Part shown: one piece after another, positions 50,981 to 63,370 of the stretch | How positions within the stretch are numbered: position 1 is the stretch's first letter | Layout: every line of letters begins with the position of its first letter | From: Xylographa opegraphella | Taxonomy: Eukaryota | DNA: 64,000 nucleotides | Assembly: GCA_022813865.1 (NCBI GenBank) | Contig: JALDZX010000032.1 | Location: 124,001 to 188,000 of the forward strand | Direction: 5' to 3' | The notes under the pieces: generated by a model | What the model was told of the DNA's origin: nothing | Seen by the model: the letters and a program-made list of their open reading frames with translations, nothing else | Databases searched by the model: none | Made by a program: the position numbers and the translations under genes

Positions 50981-52635
50981 AGTTGTGTGCGCCTATGATC
51001 CCTCAAGCGTTGTATCAACCGATCTTGCTTCCAGATACTTCAGATGCCTGCTTCAGAGCACAGTGCATATGCCATATCTCACGAGGACACTGTTGCTAGA
51101 GACATATATTGGGACTAGCCAAGAATTTCACCGTCAACATGTCCAGTCGCAAGGACCGGAGTAGTCCCACGAGAACAAGACTGAAGCAGGAATCCAAGGT
51201 CGGAAAGGCAACGAGATGTGAGGGATGATATCAGAAGGCATGGCCTTCTCCAGTGGCACTGCACGATACCCGAACGGGGAATTGATAGTGAAAAGTCAGA
51301 TCCTGATGGGTATGCTTAAGCCATTTTGGGTTGTGCACGAGCTGAGGCAAAAGCCAGAATAGGATTCCTGAATCGTGACAGGTTTCAGATCCTGGTTTTT
51401 GGCTGCTGGGCGAGCCTTGGCCTTCGAGGTGTGATAATGGGCCTCATAACGGGCCCATTACACGGGATGACAAATCCTGATGGTGTCGAGGGAGCACCGT
51501 ACAGGCATAGACGCCACCATCTGGGGCTCGTGTCTTAGATCACTATCGCCGCTTCACAAGGCAGTTCGTGGACGACAGCAACAGACAGCCAGCTTCGAGG
51601 TAAGCATGTACGAGAACGCGAAAGGCACCAACATAGGCGCCCGTCGTTCATCACCTCGCATATCCTGCGACGGCTGTCACGCACATGAACCGATCCATCG
51701 GTCTGGATGCGAAGACCAGCCAGAGCTGACGAGGTAGATTGTGTGGTACAATCGATGGGGGACGGTGGGGAAGAATCGCATGAAGTTGACCTTGTTGATG
51801 CACCCCGCATACCGTTTCAAACGCGTCTCACCACCGCGACGGAGAACTCGAGCGCAGATTGGACACAACATGAGTCGGTCGCACACAGATGGCCAGAGCA
51901 AGCGGGACAAATGCATGGAAGCCGGGTCTCGTTCGTCAGCCTTGGACGTGGCGACACGGCGATCCAGGGCCGACAACGGCCACAGCACTTACTCGCATTG
52001 GCCTACCTTTGACCCGTGTGCCTTCGACTCCGTATTGTCTGTCCAGCAGATCTGTACTTGGACGCTTTCATTAGTCCAGATCCCGTGTAGTACAGTCCAA
52101 GACCACAACGCGGCTCACAGACTGTATGGATATTGCAAGGCGAGAAACTGGACGTCAGTGGATTTACCACCACGACCTCCTGCCGAGCGAGATGCTGTCC
52201 CGCCGGTCCCGGAAGTCTGCCTCATAGTTCGCAGGTTTCACGATGGACGGAAGTGGCGGACCGGTGCTCACGAAGCATACCTTGCTAGATCCAGGCAGAC
52301 GGGCTGGAGAGCGGCTTGGGGCACGGCGGACGGGGTTGAAGCGTGGGACGAAAGAGACGCAAAAAAGGTACCACAGCAGGAGCGGCCACATCCGGCCTAG
52401 CCGGGCTGAAGTGGACGCGAACCTTCTCCTGGTCTAGTCGCGACTAGTCTGGTCTAGTCCATATGGAGACTAGGGTAAGATACTCTCGCTGTTAGCGTGA
52501 CTACGAAGTTACTGTGGTATGTACGTACCTGCCTTAACCTGACTCCGTATCAAGCATCTCGAGAATGAATGCTCTCTTCCCCCACCTGCTTCTTCCACCT
52601 CCGACACCCAACGTCCGTCATGCGTTTCGGAGCTC

Positions 52636-55608
52636 ATGAGATACTTCCTTCACGGCTTAAGCTCTAGGCCCCACCACCAGTTTCTGCCACGCAGCCACCA
52701 GGCCTGGAGCGGCCGATGCAGACTCGTCACAAGCAATCCCTCGGTCAAGCGACTTGACCTCCAAGCGGTCGATCGGAAATGGCAGAAGCGGTGGAGAGAT
52801 GCAGCGCCGGAGAGTGGCAAGCTAGCAGATGGCCGTCCCAAGGCCTACATACTGTCCATGTTCCCGTACCCGTCGGGGAATCTACACATGGGTCACTTGC
52901 GAGTCTATACCATCGCGGATGTCATTGCACGTTTCAAGCGCATGCAGGGATATAACGTCCTGTTCCCCATGGGTTGGGATGCCTTCGGTCTGCCCGCCGA
53001 GAACGCTGCCATCGAACGAGGGGTGAGTCCGGCAGATTGGACGAGGCAAAACGTTGGGAAAATGAAGGAGCAGCTCATAGGGATGAACGGTGATTTCGAT
53101 TGGAGTCGGGTACGTGGCCCATGCACCATCCGGTCCTCTGTACCCTATCACAGGCCATGCTATCTGGACCAGGCCTCGTACGTAATGCTAATCCGCGCTC
53201 GTACCACTTGCTAGGAGTTCATGACATGTGACCCTGACTTCTACAAGCATACGCAACGTATCTTCCTGCTCCTACACGAACACGGCCTTGCGTACCAAGC
53301 CAACTCCCTGGTCAACTATGATCCCATCGACAGGACGGTACTGGCAAATGAACAGGTGTGTGTCTCGGGGGCACGCTTGCCATGCGTGGTGACTGACGAC
53401 AAAAAGGTTGATTCCAATGGATTCTCTTGGAGGTCTGGGGCAAAGGCGAAGAAAGTCATGCTCAAGCAGTGGTTTCTACGGGTGACAAAATACAAGGCGG
53501 CCTTACTTGCTGATCTCGATCACCTCAGTCGCGATGAGCGTTGGCCGGAGCGAGTGCTCGCGATGCAGCGAAACTGGCTGGGACGCTCCGAGGGAGTTGT
53601 CCTCACATTCTCGTTGTCCTCGCCTTCGGGTCTTCAGCATAGGGCGCTCAAGGTGTTTACAACGAGACCTGACACCCTTGTCGGCGTTCAGTACATCGCG
53701 CTTTCCGCGTCGCATCCCCTCGTGGTGACTTTAGCGGCCGAGGATCCACACCTGAAAGAGTTTGTTCAACAAGCCTCGCAGCTTTCGGAGGACTCAAAAG
53801 CCGGATACCTACTTCCTGGGATCGTCGCCCACAACCCGCTATCGTTGATCACTGATATGCCATGTTGTGTATCAGCGCCACTGCCGGTCTATGTAGCGCC
53901 GTATGTTCTCCAGGACTACGGCGAAGGGGCAGTGATGGGTGTCCCAGGTCACGACACACGGGATCACGAATTTTGGAAAGTGCACAGAAATGCTAGTCCC
54001 ATACGAGAAGTGATCAAGCCTGTTCACGAGACCGAATCACTACTACTTAACGACAAAAGTGACCGGCATGAGCTGTACACTAAACCTGGGATGCTGACCT
54101 CAATATGTGGGAAGCTAGCAGGATGGACTTCTTCTGAAGCCGCTGATCACATAGTTCAAGCATTGTCGGCTTCAGACAACTTGGCAGAACGTGTAGAGAA
54201 TTGGCGCATACGAGACTGGCTGATCAGCCGGCAACGGTACTGGGGAACACCCATCCCTATCATACATTGTGCTCGTTGTGGCGCCGTACCCGTACCCCTC
54301 GAAGAGCTCCCGGTCAAGTTACCAAAAGTCGATGGCGACTGGTTCCGCAGGAAAAGCGGCAATCCACTCGAGTCCGCCGAAGACTGGGTAAAGGCGGATT
54401 GTCCTCAATGCAGGGGTCCTGCGAGGCGAGACACAGACACCATGGATACGTTTGTTGACTCTTCGTGGTACTACATGAGGTTTGTGGATCCTCATAATGC
54501 CGATGAACCATTTTCTGCGCAAAAAGCAGATGCCTTGTTGCCGGTGGACATCTATCTTGGTGGCATCGAGCATGCCATCCTACATCTGCTGTATGCTCGC
54601 TTCATCTCGAAATTTCTGGCAAGCACTCAGCTATGGCCCGCTGGTGGTGGCAAAGATAATAATGCCGAGCCGTTTCAAAGACTCATTACTCAAGGTATGG
54701 TTCACGGGAAGACATATTCTGATTCGCGGACCGGCCGCTTCCTGAGACCGGAAGAAATCGATTACAGTACCCCCTCACGGCCTACAATAGTCGCCACCGG
54801 CGAAGCGCCCAGTATCAGCTGGGAGAAAATGAGTAAGAGCAAATATAATGGAGTTGACCCATCAAAGTGTATGGACGTCTACGGAGCCGACGTCACACGG
54901 GCCCACGTACTCTTCCAAGCTCCAGTGAATCAGGTCCTTGAATGGGACGAGGAGCGGATTGTGGGCATCCAGCGCTGGTTTGGACGAATATGGCGACTCC
55001 TCGATACGCTTCCTGCGCAGATGTTGCAACATCAGCCACGAATACCACCGATCGAGAATTTAACCGCGGCCGAATTGGAGCTCTATAGCACTGTTCAGCA
55101 GACCATCTCTTCCGTCACAACCTCATTGTCCAATACTTTTGCCCTGAACACCGTCATATCCGATCTGATCAAGCTGACCAATACCATCACTTCTACCTCG
55201 ATCACGAACGATGCTATACGCTACTACGCTACCAGTTCTCTCCTGCGCATGCTTGCGCCTATTGCCCCCGCTTTCTGTGAAGAATGCTGGGAGTGCTTGC
55301 ACTCGGCCACTGCAGGGGCTAGTATCTTTACACAGTCGTTCCCCACCGCGAATGATGCGGCATCTCCTCGAAAGCTCTCGCAGCCGTGTGCTGTCCAGGA
55401 AAACGGGAAACTACGCTTCGCAGTGGCGATCCCGGCAGTCCCAGAGGACCTGCTGGTCAACAAGGATCAGAGCAGCCTCATTGCATGGGTGGTTGCCGAG
55501 ATCGAGAAGACGCCCGAAGGGGCGAAGTGGCGAGAGTCGAGGAAAGAGCGGGCCTGGAAGCGGATTGTCGTGGTCAAGGGTGGGAAGACGGTTAATTTTG
55601 TAGGATAG
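52636..55608 (+). CDS. NAM2: Mitochondrial leucyl-tRNA synthetase (introns about 53110-53214, and 53356-53406 in frame)
   Basis: [44 protein letters not shown], and an Arg-rich presequence. Confidence 0.96.
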
Positions 55609-56395
55609 TGGGATAGACGGGTCACTTCCCGCAAGAAGGTCTACCTCTGCTGCAGTTCTGGGTGAGTTGGTACCCTATGTCTCGCAACCATGGGATGAGA
55701 CCTCAGCGTCGTTGCTCCGTAATCATCGTTCATGTGAAACTGTATCATCAACGGAAAACTTTCACACCGTGCTTCGCTTGGCCAGACTTGACTCCGTCTT
55801 CAACCTGATACTTCGCATGAAAAACTTAAAATCAAACCGTTTCGGGATGCACGCTAAGCGAAGCCAGTTTGATCACGTCACGTGCGCGCTAGGCCAAGAC
55901 CTATCAGTCTCCACGCTGACAGATTCTACAAGCTGATCTCGTGCAATAAGGGAAGCTTCTTGGGCACTCAGTTCGGTGTATACGAATTACTGCTCCAAGC
56001 GTGAAGCATCTTCGGACCGAGTCGCTTTGTGTCAAGCTACTCGAGTAGACTGGACTTGACATGATGGCGAAGTTGAAAGACGAAGGTTCGACAATATCGC
56101 CCGGCCATTTCTCTCCCTCACCGAAACGACGAGGGAGCGAATAAGAAAGATCCTTTCAGTCTTGCGTGCTTACCGTCATTCGTTTTCTGCCCGTTTTCAT
56201 CTTGCGAGCTTCATTTCTGCCCGAAAGCAGTTGTTCGCGCCGGATATGGCATGGCGGTTCATGTATGCGCAGTCTTTGTTCTGTCGGCCATTTATCTTGG
56301 CCTCGCGTTTCTACTTCCTTGATCATTTTCCTCATCGGTATTGTCCTACATCGCTTCGAACCTGATCCCACCAGTGAAGTGGACAATATAACGTT

Positions 56396-59167
56396 ATGGC
56401 CGCTAATTGTCAAGGAACACTCCTGGGGCTCACATTCGACCAATGGATGGCTGGGAGCTTCAAGAATGGTATAATGGCTGTGATCGACAGATGGGGAATT
56501 CCCGGGATTTACAAGAAACACCAGCGAAAGGAGGAATTAATGGTAATTGCTTGGCATGCACTGCTGAGTTTCAACCCACCGCCTCATCCCCCAGACGTTC
56601 AGATGGTTATAGGCACCCCTCACCCGGGCCCTCAAGACCGGGCTCCAAGAAAGCCGGCTGCGAAGAAGAAGGAAAAACCCACAGTCGCTGTCCCCAACAC
56701 GCCCAAGAATCGCAACACTCCCAAGACTCCCAAAACTCCCAAGAATCCCGACACTCCCCAGAATCAAGGATCGGCAAGTGGAACCGATCCTTACTATCGC
56801 GGCCGACCCAGCGGTACAGGCAACACTCCCCAGTATCGAGGTGCGGCACATGAAACCGATATTTACAATCGCGGACGACCAACCGGTGTGGGCCAAGCCA
56901 ACAGAAACCGAAGTTCGTCTTCCAGCAGTGACTTAAGTACAGCTTCCGGCGGAAGCCAAGAGACGCCATCTCGTGCCAGCAGAGTGCCGACGTCCGGCAC
57001 GAACCAGGGGACACCGCTTGAAGGTCCCCCAACGAAAACGGAGCCGAATGATTTTAATATCGTAAAAACCGCATTATTTTCGATCAACAACCCTATTCAC
57101 GACCCACAACTCGAGGATGGACTGGGCCTCATAGCCGCTAATTTCCCCAGTCAATTGTCAGGTCTACTGTCGAGATATTTCCACCGGGACATGGAGGCTT
57201 CGCGAGGCGAAGCCGAGGAACTGCCCCCCTTAAGACCCATTAGTGACTTTGCCGAATTGGACGAATTGCTGTTGGCTGATGTATTTGACAATGTACACGA
57301 CCCTTGCGTCACTTCGTATTCTGTGGCTTTTCGTGACTGGGATACCAGAGACTATTTACCTGACAAAGGGTCCAGGTCTTACAGCTGTCGTGGTAGGGGT
57401 CCCATATGGTCGCGAACCTCTTGCGCGCTCGACGCCGTGCTCGTTGCGGCAAAGCTCCTTGATATTGGCCGTATCTCAGCCGATACCGGGTTCCAAACTT
57501 GGCAAGATTGGGCTATGCAGCACGATGAATTCCAACGAGCCTGTCTGCGAATATTCCATGAACACTGGAACATCCTCACGCGAGACGAAAGTATACGACG
57601 ACGAGATAGATTCTATCATGAAGCTATCGCATATGGCCGGGAACACAAGACGCGGTTAGGGTTGAATTTTCATGGCGCTTTACAATCAAGTCTCACAACA
57701 TGGGATCTGTGCACGAAACCGGCGAATCAATTCACTTTCGGTCAATTTTCACGAACCTTTTGCCCCGGCTGCGAACAGCAGACGCGCCTGTTTCCGGGGC
57801 CTGATGAGCAGAGCCAGGATCATCCGACCGGCACGGAGCAACGAGATATCACGTTTGACGAACTCTCGGAGGATTCAAACGAACGTCCGGATATGCAGGA
57901 AATGCTCCAGAGGCACTTTGATCCACTCCTTTCCCATAAATCCCACCACGGTTGTACTGCTCCGATTGATGTGCAGGTAAGAACTAGTACTTTTCGAAGG
58001 CGAATTGTGAATGATATGGACCTTCCAAAGCGATTGGTCGTCAAACCGGCTCTCCACTATCGCGATATCCCCGGAGCCTCCAGCGACAACATCACCTTTA
58101 GCTACACAACTCTAGCGGGGGAGCAAGTGAGGAGAAACGGCCCGTGGCGGCAAAAGTATATTCGCAAAAGGACAGCCACGTATCGATGGCTTGGCGGAAT
58201 CTATCACTATAAACAGCACTATCGCGTATACTGGCAGGACAGCGCCTACGTCATCAGCAACGGGAACGTCAAGGTCTACGACGGACAGCTCTTCCACGGC
58301 GCCATCGTCGGCGACATGCCGCCCTGCGAACCTGGCTTCAAGGTTCCGTCGCAGTGGTCCCAAGGTACGGACGTGCTGTTTTACGAACGGATCAACGATT
58401 TGGACCGCGATGCCGTCATCTCACGCGCTCAGGCACTCGTGCAGGGACTTGCGGATAAGCCGGAGGTCGATGTGGCAGCCGAGGAAGCAGCAGCGGCGGA
58501 AGCGGCGGCGACGGAGGAAGCGGCGGCGTGTGTGGCAGCGATGAAAGCAGGAAAGGCCGCCATTCATGCGTCGGCAGACGCTGCACATGCAAAGAAAGTG
58601 GCGAAAGAGAAGAAAGCGGCAAAGAAAGCGGCGAAAGAGGCGGCGGCGGCGGCATCAGCCCGCCCGTGGCTGACACTCGAAGCGGCGCCGATTACTCCAG
58701 CGGCGGTGACAACCCGACCGTGGCCGACATTCGGAGCGGCGCCGACACCCGGAGCGACGCCGACACCCCGAGCGCCCGCACCCGGAGCGACACCGACACC
58801 CCGAGCGCCGACACCTCGAGCGCCGACACCCCAAGCGCCGGCACCCCAAGCGCCGACACCCCAAGCGGCGGAACCCCAAGCGGCGGCACAGCCAGCAGCT
58901 GGACTGCCAATTACACCCACGAAGCAATTAACAGCAGTGACAACATCCGGAAAGTCAACACCTGTAGCCAAGAAGTCACCAGCAGCCCGACCGTCGACAT
59001 CAGGGCCGCGAACACCAGCAAGGTCAGCGAGCGCGACACCGTCAACCCCATCAGGCCAGAAGCGCTCGGCCGACAGGGCAACGCCGGAGGAACCACCGTC
59101 CAAGAAGAAAGCGAAACTTCCAAAACTGGAGACTGTGCGCGAGTCGCCGGAAACAGACGCTCAGTGA
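56396..59167 (+). CDS. Uncharacterised 923-aa protein, probable divergent USP-fold cysteine protease with low-complexity termini
   Basis: Long ORF with GPIWSRTSCALD, CPGC, LPKRLVV, GGIYHYKQHYRVYW, VYDG and LFYER in USP-box order; bipartite NLS-like C-terminus. Start could be 56603. Confidence 0.65.
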   Translation: MAANCQGTLLGLTFDQWMAGSFKNGIMAVIDRWGIPGIYKKHQRKEELMVIAWHALLSFNPPPHPPDVQMVIGTPHPGPQDRAPRKPAAKKKEKPTVAVPNTPKNRNTPKTPKTPKNPDTPQNQGSASGTDPYYRGRPSGTGNTPQYRGAAHETDIYNRGRPTGVGQANRNRSSSSSSDLSTASGGSQETPSRASRVPTSGTNQGTPLEGPPTKTEPNDFNIVKTALFSINNPIHDPQLEDGLGLIAANFPSQLSGLLSRYFHRDMEASRGEAEELPPLRPISDFAELDELLLADVFDNVHDPCVTSYSVAFRDWDTRDYLPDKGSRSYSCRGRGPIWSRTSCALDAVLVAAKLLDIGRISADTGFQTWQDWAMQHDEFQRACLRIFHEHWNILTRDESIRRRDRFYHEAIAYGREHKTRLGLNFHGALQSSLTTWDLCTKPANQFTFGQFSRTFCPGCEQQTRLFPGPDEQSQDHPTGTEQRDITFDELSEDSNERPDMQEMLQRHFDPLLSHKSHHGCTAPIDVQVRTSTFRRRIVNDMDLPKRLVVKPALHYRDIPGASSDNITFSYTTLAGEQVRRNGPWRQKYIRKRTATYRWLGGIYHYKQHYRVYWQDSAYVISNGNVKVYDGQLFHGAIVGDMPPCEPGFKVPSQWSQGTDVLFYERINDLDRDAVISRAQALVQGLADKPEVDVAAEEAAAAEAAATEEAAACVAAMKAGKAAIHASADAAHAKKVAKEKKAAKKAAKEAAAAASARPWLTLEAAPITPAAVTTRPWPTFGAAPTPGATPTPRAPAPGATPTPRAPTPRAPTPQAPAPQAPTPQAAEPQAAAQPAAGLPITPTKQLTAVTTSGKSTPVAKKSPAARPSTSGPRTPARSASATPSTPSGQKRSADRATPEEPPSKKKAKLPKLETVRESPETDAQ
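58720..58890 (+). repeat. Coding minisatellite with about 15-bp units (APTPR/APTPQ/APAPQ)
   Basis: Tandem GCGCCGACACCCC(G/A)A-like units. Confidence 0.8.
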
Positions 59168-59716
59168 AATCTTTGATAGGTTACAGTGATGCCGGTAGGG
59201 ATGTTGAAATGAGCCTATTTACGAGGCTGACAGGCATGGGAAGAGGATAGCCGCTTCGCCAGGGGCGGGATTTCATGGATACGCGGGATTGGTTATATCG
59301 GTCATAGTCGAATGTTATACTATAAACCGTTAGAGGCGTGGTCGACGGTATGCCGTGGTTGGGATGAAGTTATGGCCACGTTATATGGCCTTGGGTCTCA
59401 AGGGGATCGATGCTGTTTGTTCACGTACATGGAGGACTCGTAGTGAGCCATAGATCATATGAACTCGAGTCACATCTTGACATTTAGGCCAGTGATGTTT
59501 TTGAAATCCCTTTGCTTTTCATGACTGGTTGATAAGAAGGACAGCAAGGAGAAGCAGAGGTCGGCGAATCGTAACTCCCTGAGCCGCATCACGTGATATG
59601 TGATCAAAACTCAATTCCGACTCCGGAGTAAGGAAGATCCACCGCTGAGGTGGCGGCTAAATCTGTACAACATTCCTTTGCTACAATGTCTTCCCTCTTC
59701 ATCACCAGAGGTGCAC

Positions 59717-61469
59717 ATGATGCCAGCAGAAGAGGACGCCGAAAAGACAGTGGAGGTGGAGTCAGGAGCCGGCCAGGTTTTGCGTCCAATTGACCAACGC
59801 GAGAGCGGCCGCCCAGCATGTTTTCACTCTACGGTGCAGGAAGTGCTTTTCGTTGTAACGGCAACCATGGCCACTGCCATGGCCTCTTTCTTGACCGGCG
59901 GAAACATCGTGATCACATCGCTTGTGGGTGAGCAACTACACATGACGAATGCTGAGATCGCCTGGATTAGTGCTGCATCCACGTCAGTGGCCTGGACGGG
60001 TATCGGGAGATCCTTCTTGTTCTCGCTGACGGGCTTTGCAGATTGACCGGTGGAGCGTTCCTGTTGTTCTTTGGCAGAATCGCCGATATGTTCGGGAGAC
60101 GATGGCTGCTTATTATTAGTATGGGAATGTACTCGCTTCTGAGTATAGCGACCGGGTTCGCGCCGAATGCTTTGTTCCTGGACGCTTTCAATGGCTTACT
60201 CGGTCTCTGCTCCGCTGCCGCCGTCACTCCGGCTGTAGGGACGCTGGGGTTCATCTACAAGAGGTCCAGCAAGAGGAAGAATTATGCGTTCGCCTGTTTT
60301 AGTGCTGGGAATCCGCTCGGTTATGTCTTCGGCACCGTTCTCTCTGGTGTCTTTACACAGCTCTTTGGCTGGCGGGCCAGTTATTGGTATCTAGCCATCA
60401 TCTATGGAGCTTTTGCAATTGTTGCTGTTTTCACCATGCCGAAGGATCAGCAGAAAATTGAGCGGTTTGGAGTGGATGCCGTGAAGCGATTCGACCTTCT
60501 CGGTGCAGCGTTGACCATAACCGGTATTGCTTTGTTTACGAGTTCACTAAGGTAAACCAATCCTTCAGTGTAGTCATTCAAACATTGACTCGTCATAGTC
60601 TCGCAGGTAATGCACCTCAAGGCTGGCGGACGCCTTACATCCCTGTCTTCCTGGTGGTCGGTGTTCTCACCATTGCCACTTTCCTCTACTGGGAGTCCAT
60701 CTTCACCACCCCGCTCATGCCTCTGCATATATGGCGCGACCGCGACTTCTCCCTCCTCATGGCCATCGTCTGGCTCGGCTTCTCCGCCTTCGGGCCCGTG
60801 TCCTTCTGGCTCGCCCTATACATGCAGCGAGTCCAACAACTCTCGCCCCTCCTCGTAGCCGTGCACCTCCTCCCGCAAGCAGTCATGGGAACCATCACCA
60901 ACATTGTCGCCGGCTTAATCCTCCACCGCGTCTCCAACAAGCTGATCGTGCTCGTCGGAGCCGTGTGCTACACAGTCTCCTTCCTCCTCCTCGCGCTCCA
61001 GAGGCGCGATTCCTCCTACTGGGCCTTCATCTTTCCCAGTCTGATCCTCATGGTCATCGGCGCCGATCTCGAGTTCAACGTCGCGAACATGTACGTCATG
61101 TCCGCCCTCCCGGCGCACCAGCAGTCCATCGCAGGCGGTATCTTCCAGACTCTCACGCGCCTCGCATTGACCGTCGGGCTGGGCATCGCGACGGCCGTGT
61201 ACAACTCCGTTGCATCGTCCCCGCAGAGTGCGCAAAACCCTTTGAAGCCGTACACAGCAGTCTACTGGGCCGCGTGTGGGCTGGCGGCAACGAGCGTCTG
61301 TCTGGTCCCCTTTCTCACCATCGAGACGCAGGGCGGCAAGCTCGCCCCAAAGCCGCCGGCTGTACCTCCCAGCACTGATATCGCAGCGGTGGAGCAAGTT
61401 GCGGCATCGCGGGCGCGAAAGATCGCGGTGGGCGTAGATGCTAGTGTGGATGCTAGTAGTGTACCGTAG
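59717..61469 (+). CDS. MFS drug:H+ antiporter (DHA2, ATR1-like), 2 introns
   Basis: RPACFHSTVQEVLFV, motif A GRIADMFGRR, FSAGNPLG, GWRASYW, PLMPLHIW, QQSIAGGIFQT. Confidence 0.92.
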
Positions 61470-61795
61470 ATGAATAGACCGGTTGTAGAATACTTTATTT
61501 ATACCACTAATTGATTCGATCCACGCCGTTCTCGCCCGCTCACAGCGCCATACGACCGAGCATCGAATGCCTGCCGCATGACTTGCGACGGAGAAAGCCT
61601 CGATGAGCGTATCCATTCTTCATCCTGTGCAATTCAATGCCAAGCACACCCCTGCCCCTCTCCCTGGACCAAAAAAAAACACCACGATCTATAACTTCGG
61701 ACATCCATTCTTATCTACAATATGCGCTCACGCATAACAGGCTCTTCCGTTCTTCGGGATGAGATGCAAAAGGAAGCAAAAGAAAATTTCTTGGA

Positions 61796-61876
61796 CGACC
61801 CCCGTGGGACTCGAACCCACAATCTTTGCCACGCTCGGGACCGGAAAGCAACGCCTTACCATTAGGCCAGGAAGCC
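61796..61876 (-). tRNA. tRNA-Arg(CCG) with a 9-nt intron
   Basis: Cloverleaf: GGCTTCC/GGGGGTC acceptor stem, GCCT-AATGGTA-AGGC D-arm, TTGCT-TT-CCG-G[tcccgagcg]T-GGCAA anticodon arm, GTGGG-TTCGAGT-CCCAC T-arm; T-runs follow downstream. Confidence 0.85.
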
Positions 61877-63302
61877 AGATATACGAAAAGATTTATCTTA
61901 TTACAATTTATATTCATTAAAAAATTCGCCCGATGGTGTGTACTTGCGCTAGTGAGCATGCATTCCTTGTTCTACCTTACTCTCTATCCCACAACGACAG
62001 CCAGGACTGGTTTTTTTGCTTCATCTGCCAACATGCATTGTTCGGGGGAGTGGTATGGTCAAATGATGTTATGGTAGGATGTAAGGACCATCTCATTTGC
62101 GGTTACTTGCCCATGAAGTCAGAGCTCTCTGTAGCTACTGTTCGAGGCGTGGAGATCTATTCCGAGCAAGGGAAGTTTGCTGAATTCTCATTGAGATATC
62201 AGTGGAGGGAGCGAGTGGGGGGGTTGACTTAGGTTGTAATTGTTTTAGACGACGACTACGAAAGAGATTATCATTCGTGTGGCCCAGGCTTGCAGTGGCC
62301 ACTTTTGGACTCCTCTTTTTGAGTAGTAGACTTTGAGATCTTGTCTGTTTTCCTTGCTTGAGTCGGGGATTTTTGGCTACCTCACGGAATTGGAGAGTGT
62401 TTCGGGTCGATGGATATGCTATAACGAGGATTGAGGCCGCGATGACGAGGTAATGTTTGAACACAGGCCTGAGAGAATTCCTACACTGGGTTTATTGAGA
62501 ATACACCGTCGAACGTCGACCGGTATGCGCGAGATCATTGCACGTCGAGGTGGTGTGATCTATAAGCTTGACTGTATGGCTCGTAACAAACAGCTATGGT
62601 CGACCTGGTTGTCGTGTCCTGCTTTGCTGTGATACCTTGGAGATATTGAGGTTGACTTTTCGGGTTTTGATATGCGATAATACTCGGTTCTGAGCTATAA
62701 TAGCTATGGTGGACAAGTACGGATCTTGGGGCTTCTCATGGGTCTCCTTGGTGCTTTCTTTACCTGTGGAATTAGAGTTCAATGAAGGGGTGGCACCCCG
62801 GTTCTTCTTTTGCGTGGACACGAGCACTATCACATTCTGCGAGTTAGGGGTTACCCAGAGCTCGGTGAACCCCATGGAACTAAAAGACTCATTGAGAGGA
62901 GTTACATACGAACGAAAAGAGTGGTAAAAGAAGCTCCATCAAACCTCTAATACTCGGTACGCTTCATCATACGGGATTTCGCTGATATGGAACACGAAAC
63001 GAGTGGGAGCTCTTCGATCAGAGTGATACAAGCATGTCCACGGAAGAAATAGCACCGTACGGAAGGGTACCGAGAAGCACGTTAGGGGTAAGCCTGCACA
63101 GGCAAGCATCCGAGGCTCAGAGGCGTTGCATTGGCGTTTGTTGACGGTGTTGGCAACCGCGCTTCGAATCTTCTGAAATTGTTTATTTGTGATTCACTGT
63201 GTGCGTGTCAACGGGGATTGATATCACTACTCCGTGTCAAGCTTTTGTACGCGTTGGGAACTCTGCTTTGACTACAGTTCTTTCGCTATAAAACAAGTCG
63301 TC

Positions 63303-63354
63303 GGAACAGGTCTTTACAACAGGTCTTTAAAGCAAGTCTTTAAAACAAGTCTTT
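63303..63354 (+). repeat. Four 13-bp direct repeats (NNA[A/G]CA[A/G]GTCTTT) between a TATA-like box and the ATG at 63371
   Basis: GGAACAGGTCTTT ACAACAGGTCTTT AAAGCAAGTCTTT AAAACAAGTCTTT; TATAAAA at about 63287. Confidence 0.75.
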
Positions 63355-63370
63355 CAAAGACGCCACCAAC

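Noticed and set aside
53356..53406. Apparent 17-aa insertion in mitochondrial LeuRS
   Set aside because: An ordinary in-frame 51-nt intron (GTGTGT..CTGAC..AAG); removing it restores ANEQ|VD.
63303..63354. Short direct repeats considered as a CRISPR-like array
   Set aside because: No spacers, 13-bp tandem units, eukaryotic context.
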